DNA from: Oculina patagonica
Lineage: Eukaryota
Length of the DNA: 64,000 bases
Reading direction: 5' to 3'
Assembly: GCF_052425735.1 (NCBI RefSeq)
Contig: NC_135765.1
Location: 620,001-684,000 of the forward strand
Part shown: piece after piece, positions 11,701 through 23,541 of the stretch
Layout: each line of letters begins with the position of its first letter
Position numbering within the stretch: the stretch's first letter is position 1
Notes under the pieces: generated by a model
The model's input: only the letters and a program-made list of their open reading frames with translations
Told to the model about the DNA's origin: nothing
The model's database searches: none
Made by a program: the position numbers and the translations under genes

Positions 11701-14700
11701 ATTTAATTAAAAATTAAAAATGACGACTAATACCTACAGCATTTAACGCCTTTCTAAAGGTTTTATAGCATATTGAAGTTCTGGCAGTGTCTGAGAGGCT
11801 ATTCCATAATTTGGGGGCGAAATATCGCCAAGATTTGAGTCCGTGCTTGGTAGTTTGCACTTTAGGTAGATTGAGAATATTTTGTCCTCTTAAGTTGTAG
11901 GAAGAGTTTCTAGGTTGTATCAGCTCACGCAAGCAGAGAGGGCTAGGACCGTTTATTGTTTTGAAAATCGAGCTAGCAATTTTGTATACTCGTTGTTCGG
12001 CCAAGGTTGGCAGGCCAAGGGCTTGTAGAAGGTCCCTGTAAGGGGTGTTCTTGTCCTTGAAAACAAAGCGAATGGCCCTTTCGTTAACCTTCTCTAGCTT
12101 TGTTGCAGAGGTTTTGCTGCAGAAGTGCCATGTCTCTGCGCAGTAATTAAAATGCGGAGCAATAAAAGACGTATTCGTATCACAGTGTTTATACTTTTAT
12201 TCTACATGTTGCAGCAGGGCCGTAACCAGACCTTTGCAATAGACGAGGCAAGATCTTGCTAGGGGGTTCTGGGGGCATGCCCTCCAGAAAATTTTGAAAT
12301 CTAGAAGCTCTGAAACTCTTTCAGAGACATTTTTCATGAGGTATTTCTTGAGCAAAATCAATCTTGTTCAACTGGGGATTATCCCCCCCCCCCCCCCAAA
12401 AAAAATGTTTTTAATTTTGGGTAAAAATCTAGACGAGGCAAGTGCCTCGTCTTGCCTCTTGCTAGTTACAGCCCTGTGCAGGTCTATTTTTGGATTGGCA
12501 CTTCCCGTACTGATTCGGAAAAACTGTGCGATTGAAATTGAGGAATACGGGAATTGGAAAAGGGCCTGAATAAGGGTGTCTCATGGGATAACACCTTGAC
12601 ACCAACATCCTTAGTTATTTTTCATTCCGTGTATCATATATGTAGTACATGCTGCAGGTCCATTTTAGATTGGACACATGCGGACCGGAGAACAAAATTT
12701 TTCGGGAGAATGGGAGCCTAAAAAAACCTAGTCTGTGAAAATGCCTTGACTTTGACGTAGTATATGGGAGATGCTCGCTTCGGTTAATGAAAGGCTAACA
12801 AAGGCTACAAAAATTAGGCTACAGGGGAAGGGGGAAACAGGACACCGTTTAAAAACAAGAAGATACCTTTGACTGATTCGGCTCCATAACAGTATCTCAT
12901 AAAGAAATTTCTGCTTCCCAAAGGAACACCAATCTGCAACAAATTCATGGTACATAAATAAAGTGACAAATACCCTGTATAGCTTTGTAACATTTTTTAG
13001 TACAGCACAAGAGAAGTTGTAACGAGTGACTGAAAAATATTAGGCTTCGTCAACATTCGAACCCATGATCTTCAATTAATTGATTAGAACATTGTCAAAA
13101 TAGTTTTTTGTCTGTCGAAAATTTTCATTATCTGTTAATTAATTTTTTTAATGAATACTTTTTTATCTTTCAACTGGTTAAGCGCTCCTGAAATTAATTT
13201 GGATGACCAGAATGTTGTTGTCCGAAGGTCGTACGAGTATTTCCGAACATTTCCGAAGATTACCGCAGATTGCAGAGGAAGATCTGAAGATGTTTCGACT
13301 TAATATCGATAAACTTTGGCTCATTGAGCATTGAAACATGGCAAACGCTGCGAGCTGATTGGTCAAAAATGATATCACACACGTGTGGATATCATTTGTA
13401 TCCACACATGTGTGATACCATTTTTTATCAATTTGCTACCACTCGCTATACCACTGCAATTTATATAGTAATGCTCAATGTGTACCACGTGATATAAACA
13501 TTAATACATCACGAAAACATGCCATACCTTGCTTCCAAATATTTCATTCAAAGGGCTCAGTCCATCGGCCGTGATGGAAGAGGAGATCTGGGCCGTAAAG
13601 GTTGACATCAACAACATTCCAATGATCATCCACAGTGACGCGTACGCTCGCCCCAGGAACGATTTCGGTGTCTTGTCACCATAGCTACAAAAACCAGTTA
13701 AACAAATATGCAAATTTTAAAGCGGAAAATGTAGAAATTGGAGCATCTTCAAACAATTCAACAAGTCAGACAACTCTAATTATAATATACGTGAGTAAGT
13801 TTGCCAGCTGAAGCCATTTCGACAACAAAATGCAAATAATGAAAAAACGTTTAGCGTTGCCGTAAACACTTTTCGTCAGTCGAATAATGTTCTTGTCTTA
13901 GACGAGAAAGAAAAATTCTTGGGTACTCAGAAGGAAAAATACTACTTCCGCAAGGAAGATAAAACACCCTGCTTGATTATTAAAACCACCTATTCAATTT
14001 TTTTCCTTTTGACAGATGCAATAAAAAGTCTAACTAATATACGTCACACGACGTCACACTTACCCTACTGTTGTCATGGTAACGATTGCCCACCACAAAC
14101 CTTCTCGTATGCCACTCCAAAATGAGTTTGGAAAGTGCCCAGAGTTTGCTTTGTGATCCTGTTTAAAAACGCGTACAGACAGACTATTTAGCATTCAAGG
14201 ACGAAAAAGACACTTTACGGTCAATAACATAACGATTAGCCCGCGAGAGCATCCGGATTTTTCGGCTCTTGTTTAAGTGTCACTGAAGTGTGTTGTTTTC
14301 AGAGGCAGGTGGCGATGAAAATAGTCTCAAGTATAAGAGTATGACATTAAAATAAAACTTTTCACCTATTAGGTTTTTAGTATTTATTTAAAACTTTTTT
14401 TGTCTAAAAACTTAGAGTTTCCGTGTAGTTTTGTAGTTTTCACTGGCTAACCTTCATCTGTTTTTGTTTTTCTTTTTTTTTACATGAATTGCGAATGCAC
14501 CCCTACAATGGCTTACGATCGCGAGCAGTTCTATATTTTCACTAGCTACAATGGCGGTTCGTTCTACGTCCTGTTGTCTTAACTGTTCACTGGGTCAGAA
14601 AACAGTCATAAAAGACTTAATAAATTTGTCAACTGTGAAACATATGGTCAATACGCCCCAAGAACATAACGGATATTTACTCATCGATCACGTATTTTCT

Positions 14701-15555
14701 TTGTTTTTATATTCAACCCAAGGAAGTCCATGTAGTCATTTCTTTTCTCGTATAAGCACCTTTGTTTTTCCCATTGCATATTGCTACCTGTATTTTATTC
14801 ATGCTTATATGTTACAAAAACTAGGCAATAATTCTTTGTGTTGCATTGCAAGCCGCACACAAAACTTCCCGGTGTTGTTTCAACAGCACACCTTGAAGTA
14901 AACATGGCTCGTGACGCTTTCGTTGCAGCAAGCGCGCGTTGCACGAAGTGGAAACGAGTTCTACTTTTCGCAACGATCACGGTAACGCTGCAACAAAAAT
15001 TTTACGCGTTGTTTAGGCCTGTTACACTAAGCCACGATTCCTGTAACTTTTTTTCGCAATTAACAAAGGCACAGCAAAATTGCGCGACAAGTTGCACGGA
15101 ACATTTCCAAGTAATCTTTACAATTTACTTACAAAAAACCAGATCAGAATTCCTGATAAGATCGCCGCCATTAGGCAAAGAACACACAATTGCCATATCT
15201 CCTCCAATGCGCGCATAATCTGCGCGGCAGTACCAGCAGATGCATCTTTCGCAGCTAAGACAGGCCTGTGTAGCATTTCCAATGTTATATTTGGCTTTCC
15301 AGAGATCAAGGGAAAAGTAATATCTACGACCGGACTCTTGCATCTTCTTGTCTCATTTGCCAAATGATAATTTTGAAGGCAATAGTTTGTAAAATTAACA
15401 ACGTCGCCTTCCAACTTCCTTAAACTAGGACTGTCGTTCGGGAAAAAATGAAAATTGAACGTATGATTCCAATCAAGCTTCACGCAATTTTCCAAAGGAC
15501 AAACGACATCGACGTTTAAAATTATAAAGAGGAATCGAAAAGCCTTGAACGGCAT
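8770..15555 (-). CDS. GluR0-like / iGluR-related ion channel with K+-type selectivity filter, copy A (7 coding exons)
   Basis: Phase-consistent GT-AG exons 15555-15133, 14158-14064, 13684-13528, 12933-12867, 11375-11011, 9506-9320 and 8870-8770 (TAA). The product has an N-terminal hydrophobic segment, a TM (WQLCVLCLMAAILSGILIWFF), a pore loop (GLWWAIVTMTTVGYGDKTP), a TM (AYASLWMIIGMLLMSTFTAQISSSIT), an S2-like region (IGVPLGS...YSTEHELLDGLQNGTLDKIWLFD) and a final TM (YILLACGCLTIILMTIGTLW). Confidence 0.82.
9760..10000 (-). mobile_element. Degenerate tRNA-derived SINE; paralogous copy at about 24520-24770
   Basis: Similar to the intact copy at 61515-61782 (tRNA-like head with A/B boxes and the ctactccccct...accatttttact core). 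Confidence 0.55.
10298..11002. mobile_element. Non-autonomous element with Polinton/Maverick-type termini and an internal minisatellite
   Basis: About 210-bp TIRs run from AGTAGTGTAGTAGGCAC to GTGCCTACTATACTGCT, with 6-bp flanks TTTCAT/TTTCTT. The empty site in copy B has a single TTTCTT (24902-24907). The core is about 10 units of GGAGTTAAACAATAGAATT(GTG/GCG)n. Confidence 0.75.
11420..12170 (-). mobile_element. LINE (CR1/L2 group) 3' fragment with (ATTGT)n tail, only in copy A
   Basis: The minus strand translates HFNYCAETWHFCS...KLEKVNERAIRFVF and YNLRGQNILNLPKVQTTKHGLKSWRYFAPKLWNSL. There is a CAATA repeat at 11421-11444, and the segment is absent from the copy B intron. Confidence 0.82.
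12215..12476. mobile_element. MITE with CAGGGCCGTAAC termini; second copy at 40079-40829
   Basis: TIRs cagggccgtaac / gttacagccctg, TGCAG on both flanks, and sequence near-identical to the copy in the SLC5 intron. Confidence 0.8.
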
Positions 15556-16099
15556 TTCTATGCCGCAATTTCCGTCTTCCTACAAGTATTGATAACTTTA
15601 AGGACCATTTACAGCCAACAATAATATCAGTATTAAATTTTAAGCCAATGTACGATAAAGCTGTTAATACTCTCGTCGCTTATTTAACACAACCAACAGA
15701 TGTTTTAGCGCCAAACAAGCTGCATGTAATTTTGTAGAATGGAGACAAAACGTCGATATGGGGTCCTCATGCTGACAGTTTGACACAGAAGGCTAGTGGT
15801 AGTTAATTAAATAGCAGTTTCTTAGAACTTTAAAATAAATAAAGAATTTTGTCACATGTCAATCATAAGAGTGCTTATGGTTATGTTTCTAGACGTTCCG
15901 GCCCACTATGGCATAAGTAAGATAACGGCGTTATGTTCGAGCTTATGATTGTCAGTGATCATTATGTCGCTTGTGGGAACTAGCCAATCACAACGAACAC
16001 AAGAGCTCGGAGCAAAAACATACCGCTGGCCAGTGCCAAGCGCGGGAAAACACGCCTGGGGGTAGTCTGAATTCCTTAGGCCACGAAGCAGGCCACTGT

Positions 16100-16453
16100 T
16101 TCACTTCACAGAGGCCTGTTGCATTATCATCTCTGGGATAAACATAATCACAGTGCGGAAATGGTAGATCAGAATCTATGAACTGTTTCCAGCATTTTTT
16201 TAAAATGAATTTTAGTATTTAATAAAGAAATTTAGTTTTTTATGAACTTAAGTATTTTATAAAGAAATTTAATTTTTTTATGAACTTTAGTATTTTATAA
16301 TGAATTTTAGTATTATAATGAATTTAGTATTTTATCATCCTATTGTAATTTTAAATATTTTATTTACTTCCTTTAATTAATATTGTTTTCGTTAATATAG
16401 ATATATTAGTTGTAAGAGCATTGAGATTTTTTAATATAATGCGCTAGAAATAA

Positions 16454-16506
<53 letters not shown>
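16100..16506 (+). repeat. Probable retroposon 3' end with AT-rich tandem repeats and a (TTA)n tail, at the edge of the duplicated block
   Basis: Short tandem units such as tttagtattttataa, then AATAAA followed by about 17 TTA units. Confidence 0.5.
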
Positions 16507-17994
16507 CACTATTTCTTGTTGATTGTATCGCAGGGTGATTTGCAGGGTATATATTTCACACTTGGCCGGTTTGGATAGCATGGTGTAAACTGTGTGTAGC
16601 AGATAAACTTTTCCATTTCCTTTGAACAGTTGCTGTTGATTTTTCCCTTTGAATAAAGTATCTTCTGCAGTTTGTAAACTTGGTGGAATTAACACGATAA
16701 GCATATAAAAAAATAGTTTGCATTTCGAAAAAAATGTTTGCAGAGGTGCATAAACAAAAAAAAAAAGTTTGCAGAGGAGAATTTGACATACCCCGCCCCT
16801 CCTTCAAGAAAATAATGGTCCATCCCTAATTCCCTGTTATACTTATTGTTTTGTATTTTACATTGTTAGAGAATGCTGAAGGCGGCTGTAGGACTTGCTT
16901 TGAGTTTCATATTTGTTATCAGGGTTTAGGGAAATTTACTATATATGGTATTCTTTTTTTCAGAACTTTTCAGTAAATATTATGTTAAAGGTTTTCATAA
17001 CATTGAGAAAATCCCTGAAAATTAAGTAATTATATGTCCACGGGCACCTGTTTTGTGACTTAGAACATTGTTTGTTTTATATTACCCCGTCCCCTAAAAT
17101 TTCAGTTTCAATTGAATAAATCCGGAATTGGAATGATTTATTTGTGTCAATAAACTCGAGAAGAAGAAAACAGAAATGTTTTGTGTTGATGTTAAAATTG
17201 TAACAAGATTCCTTTCAGACAAGTGAATATTTGAACAAACCGTCACTGATTTCTTTTGTGTGGTTCTACAAGGTTCAACAAATATACCAAGCACCGCCAA
17301 AACAAAAGTGAATGTTGTTTGAGCAGTGTCTGTGATTTGACAAAATGTCTTGATTGGTTTTACGAAAATTTACCCTGGAAAGGATGTAGGCACTCCTATT
17401 ACCGGAAACTTATACGATTTGCAATGCATTCTCGCTGTTAAATTGAATACACAATGAGAACGTGGACGAAATTATTTTTGAGTGAAAAAATAGAGGTTAA
17501 GCAAGAATCCCAGAGGAATCACCATGCGGAAACTACAGGATATGAAAACTTTACAAAAGGTAACTTTTTCTTTCTTTAGCTTAGGTTCCCTTTGAACGCC
17601 GCTTCTATGTACAAACCTTGTATACTTAAGTTTAAATTTGCCCAGAACGACGGCTGATTCCACGGCGTACTTGATTCGTGTTAAATTTCAGTTCGGCACA
17701 TTGGAATCTTCTCGTATAAACCAATCGCAGTTTTAACGTTTCACCGACAGCCCTCGTTGAATGAACAGTTGCGACTGTCGAACTAAATTATACGTTTTTC
17801 AGCGCATGAGTGGAGCGGCGTTTAAACCTGTCATCCTAATACTGATGCCTGTTTGAAGGTTGGAAAGTCACTCTTGCCAGACATTAGTGACCTTCACCAC
17901 ACTGAGTTAATTCGTCAATGCGAATCAAGTAATTAAGCAATAAACGGCACATTGATCCTAGATGGCAAGTAAAAAAAAGTGAAGTCTTGCGTTC

Positions 17995-18218
17995 GGGCCT
18001 TGTGGCCCCCCTGATCAGGCCGGAGCTTATCCATCGCGGTTTTCGTGGCGAGAAGCGACTAGGACCATTAATACTCCTCCCTGGATGGGATGCTAGTCCA
18101 TCGCAAGGTTACCCCCAGCATTAAATTCGCCAGTACCCATTTCTACACCTGGGTGGAGAGAAGCATTGTGGCCACCGCGCAATTCAGAGTCCAGCGCACT
18201 AACCATTAAGCCACCGCT
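17995..18218 (-). mobile_element. tRNA-derived SINE, internally deleted
   Basis: Shares ctggatgggatgctagtccatcgc...tacccattt.tacacctgggt.gagaga...gcactaaccatta with 61515-61782. Confidence 0.75.
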
Positions 18219-18421
18219 CATCCCATGGGGGGAGGGGAGGTGCTACATAGGATTGAAAGAAAGTTTTGGTAAGATTAAAATAGCGTTTACACGGTATTTC
18301 CTTCAGGTTAATTGACAATGCGAATAAAATTAGGGTACTCACGCATAACTCATATACTATTTGCGAGACATCGATAAACATCCAAACGTTGCTCGCCTTT
18401 CCGCATTTCCGGAACATGTAA

Positions 18422-19061
18422 AGCCCCGATCAAACGGTCATGATAGTTGATGATAGTTGATGAGAGTTCCAACTATCACGCGCGTTTGAACACGAACTAT
18501 CATGCACTATCATCAACTATCACCAACTATCATGCAGTTTGGACGTGTTCAAATTCGACATGATAGTTGATGATAGTTTTTACCGTTTGATCGCGGGGAT
18601 GATAGTGCATGATAGTTTATCGGTCAGTGGTTCAGTCAAAGACGGGCTCAATCCAAGATTCATGGCTGCCGCAAAGGAAATTCTATCGTTCGGTGAAGAA
18701 GATAACCGAAATTTAGATTAATATTTGGACTATAGTGAAGCTGAAAGCGAGCAAGTGAGTGGGAAGAAGAAGAGTAAAAACAACGTCGAGAAAGCACTGA
18801 AAATATCACTGCCAGAAGCAAGAGATAATGTGAAAGTATCGAAAACAAGGAAAAAACATGAAAACATTTTGCACCGAGTGATAGTGGAGTTGAGAACCGG
18901 AAAAGCAAAAAATTAAATGCGCGAGCACATTTCGTGATTTCGACAAACTATCGTCAACTATCATGGAGCGTTTGATCGCAAACGTGATAGTCAATATGAT
19001 AGTGAATGATAGTTGGAAGCAGCGAACTATCATCAACTATCATGACCGTTTGATCGAGGCT
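18422..19061. mobile_element. PIF/Harbinger-like MITE
   Basis: TIRs agccccgatcaaacggtcatgatagttgatgatagtt / aactatcatcaactatcatgaccgtttgatcgaggct, TAA on both flanks, and internal tgatagt repeats. Confidence 0.8.
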
Positions 19062-19178
19062 TAAGGTATGATTTAAATGTTGTAAATTCTGGTTAACTTT
19101 GATAGTTTCCAGTGGCTAGTATATTGTGTGCACTGCAGGTCATGTGGTCATTCCTATTGCTTGAATGAGACACCGGAG

Positions 19179-21914
19179 ATGTTATCGTATTTGGAATTCA
19201 TTTTACTCCAGTTTCTCAGCCTTTATGTTAAGAACTCCGCTGGCTATAGCGACTGCCGCACCAGTGTAAGATTTACAGATCATGTCCTCACTGGTCACGT
19301 GATGCGGACTCTAAATCACAAGACTTTTGAGAGCTGCACATTTTCCTGTGAACTGGAGCCGCAATGCTTCAGTGTCAACTACATTTCGTTGCACAAAACG
19401 TGCCAACTGAACAATGCAACCAAGGAATACTTTCCTGGTGACTTGGTGCAACAGAAGGGAACATTTTACATGGGTATGGTGGTTCGCAGTTATAATCCCT
19501 GTGAGAGCATGCGCTGTGAAAACGGAGGCACGTGTGTCAGCAGTCCTAGCTTGACTGAGTGCAAATGTGTTGATGGATTCACTGGACTTCACTGTGAGAG
19601 TAAGGATATTTTTATCTTGTACTACCTTTTATAAACGTCGTATAAACAAAAGGTTGCAGCTACTTTGCCGAAAAATTCTTTAATAGTAATAATTTTGTTA
19701 AACGCATGCGTGTACGTTTATGTTGCTTACGACTTAGTTGCCCAGCTCCAGGTTCCCATATGGTGAGGGAACTTACCTGTTTTTTTAAATAATTTCATCA
19801 TTTTTGTGTGCCCTCAATTCCCTTGTTTTCTCCACAATTTGGAGCCTCCACAATTTGGAACCTGAAATCTGCTAATAGCTATAAAGAAATTGCGACAGTG
19901 TCCCCACGAATATATAACTCGAAGCAGCAAAAGTAATTCGTGAACTAGTGACAATGTTTTTCTTTCAGATCTTCAAGCCTTTGGTATGGAAAGTGGAGCG
20001 ATTCCTGATGGAAGCATTCAAGCTTCCTCGACAAAGCCTGGGTACGATGCATGGAAGGGTCGCCTGAATGGACAATCCTGTTGGATGCCTGCACAAAATG
20101 ACAATACCGAGTACATCAAGGTGACCTTTGTAACCAGGGTAACCATCGTTGCCATAGCTACGCAAGGCGCCCCAGTGGACGGCTGCTGGGTGAAGACTTA
20201 CAAAATTAAATATGGCCATGGAAATTTCATAGCAGATGTCGTCCAGGTAATTTTACATCAAACACTGAACTTTCTTAAATATTCTTGGACATTCCGGGAA
20301 CAAAATCCATCAATTTTCGAACAATTGTTGGAGGAAACTAACGATGAACTTACATCCCATCCAGGGCAAGTAGTAGGGTACTTGACAGGACGGACTATCC
20401 CCTATAAAAAAGACAGGGGTGCTCGCGTGAGACACCACTAAAAGGGCACCGGAATCTTATTTCATGGACGTTGACCAAATTCATTTTCACCCCTTTGATT
20501 GGAAATTTCATGACTGGATGACTGTTTTCAAATAAATAATTCAAAAATAAAAGTTATTTGCGTAACAAATACAGTTACCGTTCCGGTCCCGTCATTTTTC
20601 AGATTAATAACCTGTAAGACCCTAGGTACCATGAGAACTCTAGCGGTGGTTTTAGCACTAAGTGGTACCAGTCCACAAATTTTACCCCGTAAAAGATATG
20701 ACGAGCATCCCCGTCATTTTAGGGGAGCCAAATCATTTTTTTTGCGTCTTCNNNNNNNNNNNNNNNNNNNNNNNNNNNNNNNNNNNNNNNNNNNNNNNNN
20801 NNNNNNNNNNNNNNNNNNNNNNNNNNNNNNNNNNNNNNNNNNNNNNNNNNNNNNNNNNNNNNNNNNNNNNNNNNNNNNNNCTGTTTTAAAGCAAATACAT
20901 GCTTGAGGGGTCGTGTGTACGTGTGACTAACTACCTACCTAAGAAAAATTAATATTACATTGTAAAAAACTAAAATAAACGATATTATATTTTAATAAAA
21001 TTAATATTTAAAATTGAAAATCACACAAGTGTTTTGGAGTTGTCTGGATCGACAAACTGCCAAAGTTAAGTTTTTTAAATATGGGGTCCATTCTCGCTTT
21101 TTTTGCAAAACTGCTTGTGGTAGGTAGCGTTATTAAAGTAGCTTGACACAAAATTTCATAAGACTGCACCTCTGTGTTGGATTGAGTTCTTTAAAAAGGA
21201 CGTTGAAAATCGTGGGACAACCGCTTTTTTGTGTCCTCTTAGGTTGTAGGGTCCGTGTCTCCACGTTACTAAATCTGAAATCGTTTTAGGAATCTTTTCG
21301 ATTACAATATTGTAAAACAGCTTAATAAGACTAAGTTTGTATAAATAGAGTATTGAGTCCCACTTAGTGATTTCCATCAACGTATCCGATGGTGTGTCCC
21401 ATGACAAGTTGAAGATAATTCTCGCTGCCCTGCGATGCAATGTTTCAAGTGCTTGTATGTGGTCAGAGTTGTTACACCCCCCCCCCCGACAATGATGCCA
21501 TACGTAACAGACGGCAGCATGACTTTGAAATAAAGGTCGAGAAGAGCTCTTCTTTTCAGAAATGAACATTTTTTCAGCAGGTTTAACCTCTCCTGTAAGA
21601 CACCTTCATCATGTGTAATACAATGGCCTAGTGGAATGTTGTGAACAGTTCACCTGCTCCCAGAAAAAAACAACAAAATGCATCTAAACTATACCTCCAT
21701 GATACGGACACCTCCAATTTATAGACACTCAGTTCTGCCCCTTTGGTGTTTGACTGTACTTTAATTATTTGTGCAGGCGTACCAGGCGAACTCAGACAAG
21801 AATACAGTGGTGACAAACAAGTTCCCTTCTCCTCGTAATGCCGAATGGATCAGCATCTATCCAGAAAGTTGGGCTTCGTGTATTGCATTGAGACTTGAAG
21901 TGTACGGATACTAA
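19179..21914 (+). CDS. Secreted PAN/Apple - EGF - F5/8 type C (discoidin) protein, lactadherin/EDIL3-like
   Basis: Exon 19179-19599 encodes a signal peptide, PAN (CTFSCELEPQCFSVNY...TCQLN) and EGF (CENGGTC...CKCVDGFTGLHCE). Exon 19969-20246 encodes GMESGAIPDGSIQASS...GRLNG...AIATQG...WVKTYKIKY. Exon 21777-21914 encodes ANSDKNTVVTN...IYPESWASCIALRLEVYGY*. The second intron spans the N-gap. Confidence 0.85.
20752..20880. other. Assembly gap (N run)
   Basis: Run of N characters. Confidence 0.99.
20940..21620 (-). mobile_element. Decayed LINE (CR1/L2 group) RT C-terminal fragment
   Basis: ORF 21156-21569 contains LETLHRRAARIIFNL...YNLRG...VPRFSTSFLKNSIQHRGAVL*, followed by an AT-rich tail. Confidence 0.75.
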
Positions 21915-23541
21915 ATAGCTACAAACAGGCACTTGCTTATGGGACTCACTACCACATCCCTGTCGGCATGTGTGAGCATGTGCGTGTTCAACTTTACTAT
22001 CTTTCACAAACACTTCAAACCGACCGACAACCACTTTAATTTAGACCTGTGTAATCACAAAGATTTCTTACAAAACCCTGAAATGTCAGTCGTACAAGGA
22101 GATAATTGATATTTCAGACTATCCTTCCAACAGCACGAACTGATTACCTAAGCTGAAGTTTCTCTTTGAGTTTTTTGTTTACATTTGTTGAAAGCTGAAA
22201 CAATAACTATGATCCTCTTTTTACACGGATAAAGGGACGGCAGTTTAAAAACATATGTACTTTTCAAAATCAGCAGTGCCTAAAAAAAATTCTAATCTTT
22301 GGTAGTCATGAGTCGTATGTAACATTAAATAAAAACCTCAGTGACGTACTTTAGGAAGTTTGAGGATGTTTTGGCAAAAATTTAATGGCCGAATCACGAA
22401 AACCAAGGGTGTGTTCGTTTGACCCTATTTGGGAATAACAATATATCTCAAATTGTTTGAGAATAGACATTCCGTCTGTACTGTGCAATAAAACGATTAT
22501 TTCGTTTGTGGAATAATCCGTGGATTCTCGTGCGTTTAGCTATACTACCCTTCTCTTTATTTACATCGTTTGCATCCCCAGCAGTTCCAGGGCGCCGAAT
22601 GTTGAGTCACCACGGTCGTGGTGTACCTCCGCTTTTCTTTTACATCCCAACAGCAATGGTTTCTCGCGCGCCGAAGGCGCACGCCATACCTAAGAAAATT
22701 TGATGAACCCATCGAGCTGAAGATTGTCACGTAATGCTCAATAAACTTCTGTGAGACGCGCCTGCAGGGAATCATGGTAGTTGTATTCAACAAAACATGT
22801 CATTGACTTGGCAACGCTGAATACAACAACCATGATTCCCGGATTCCGAAGTCTCCGAACGTAACTACGTACGCGTGTACGTCCCTATGCCACCCTCATG
22901 CACGAGCTGACCTTAACTTCGTACCTTAAAAAAAACAATAACAAATAGGGTAGAATTGAGTAAGGAAATATACAAGTGAAATATACGTTTATACGTTTTT
23001 TTGTCACTATTAGGCTTATTAGGTTTAAGATTTTTAAAGATTTTTTTTTCTCATTTCTATTTTGTAAATTTTAATTAACCGCAGGTCCACATTCTTTAGG
23101 TGACGTCATTTTGTTGGTTTTCCATCTCTTGGCTAATCAAAAAGGCAAGTTATTTATAAAGCAATTCATCAGTTAAAGTGCCGATAAAGTGCTTAGTTTA
23201 TTATCGTGCGCACAAGGATTAATCAGACTGCGAGAAGTTATCTTTTCTTTACTAGGTAAGCGACATCGACCAAAGGAAATCGCGCCGGCACTGAAAAAAG
23301 ATTTTCATGTCTCGATATAATGTCATGTTATTTAGCCCCAAGCCCCTTGCAATTGGGCTCGGCCGAGAGCGAGCTGTTCCCTTTACCAACGTTCCTAAGG
23401 AATACTGCGGGCGTACCGTGGGCTTGGTCAGATAACCTCGCAGAGATGTATGTGTACTACTGATATACTCAACGAGTAACATGCAAGTTACAAAGTATGT
23501 AAGTGGCTAGCGCATCTACTTTTACATGCATATGTTCTGTG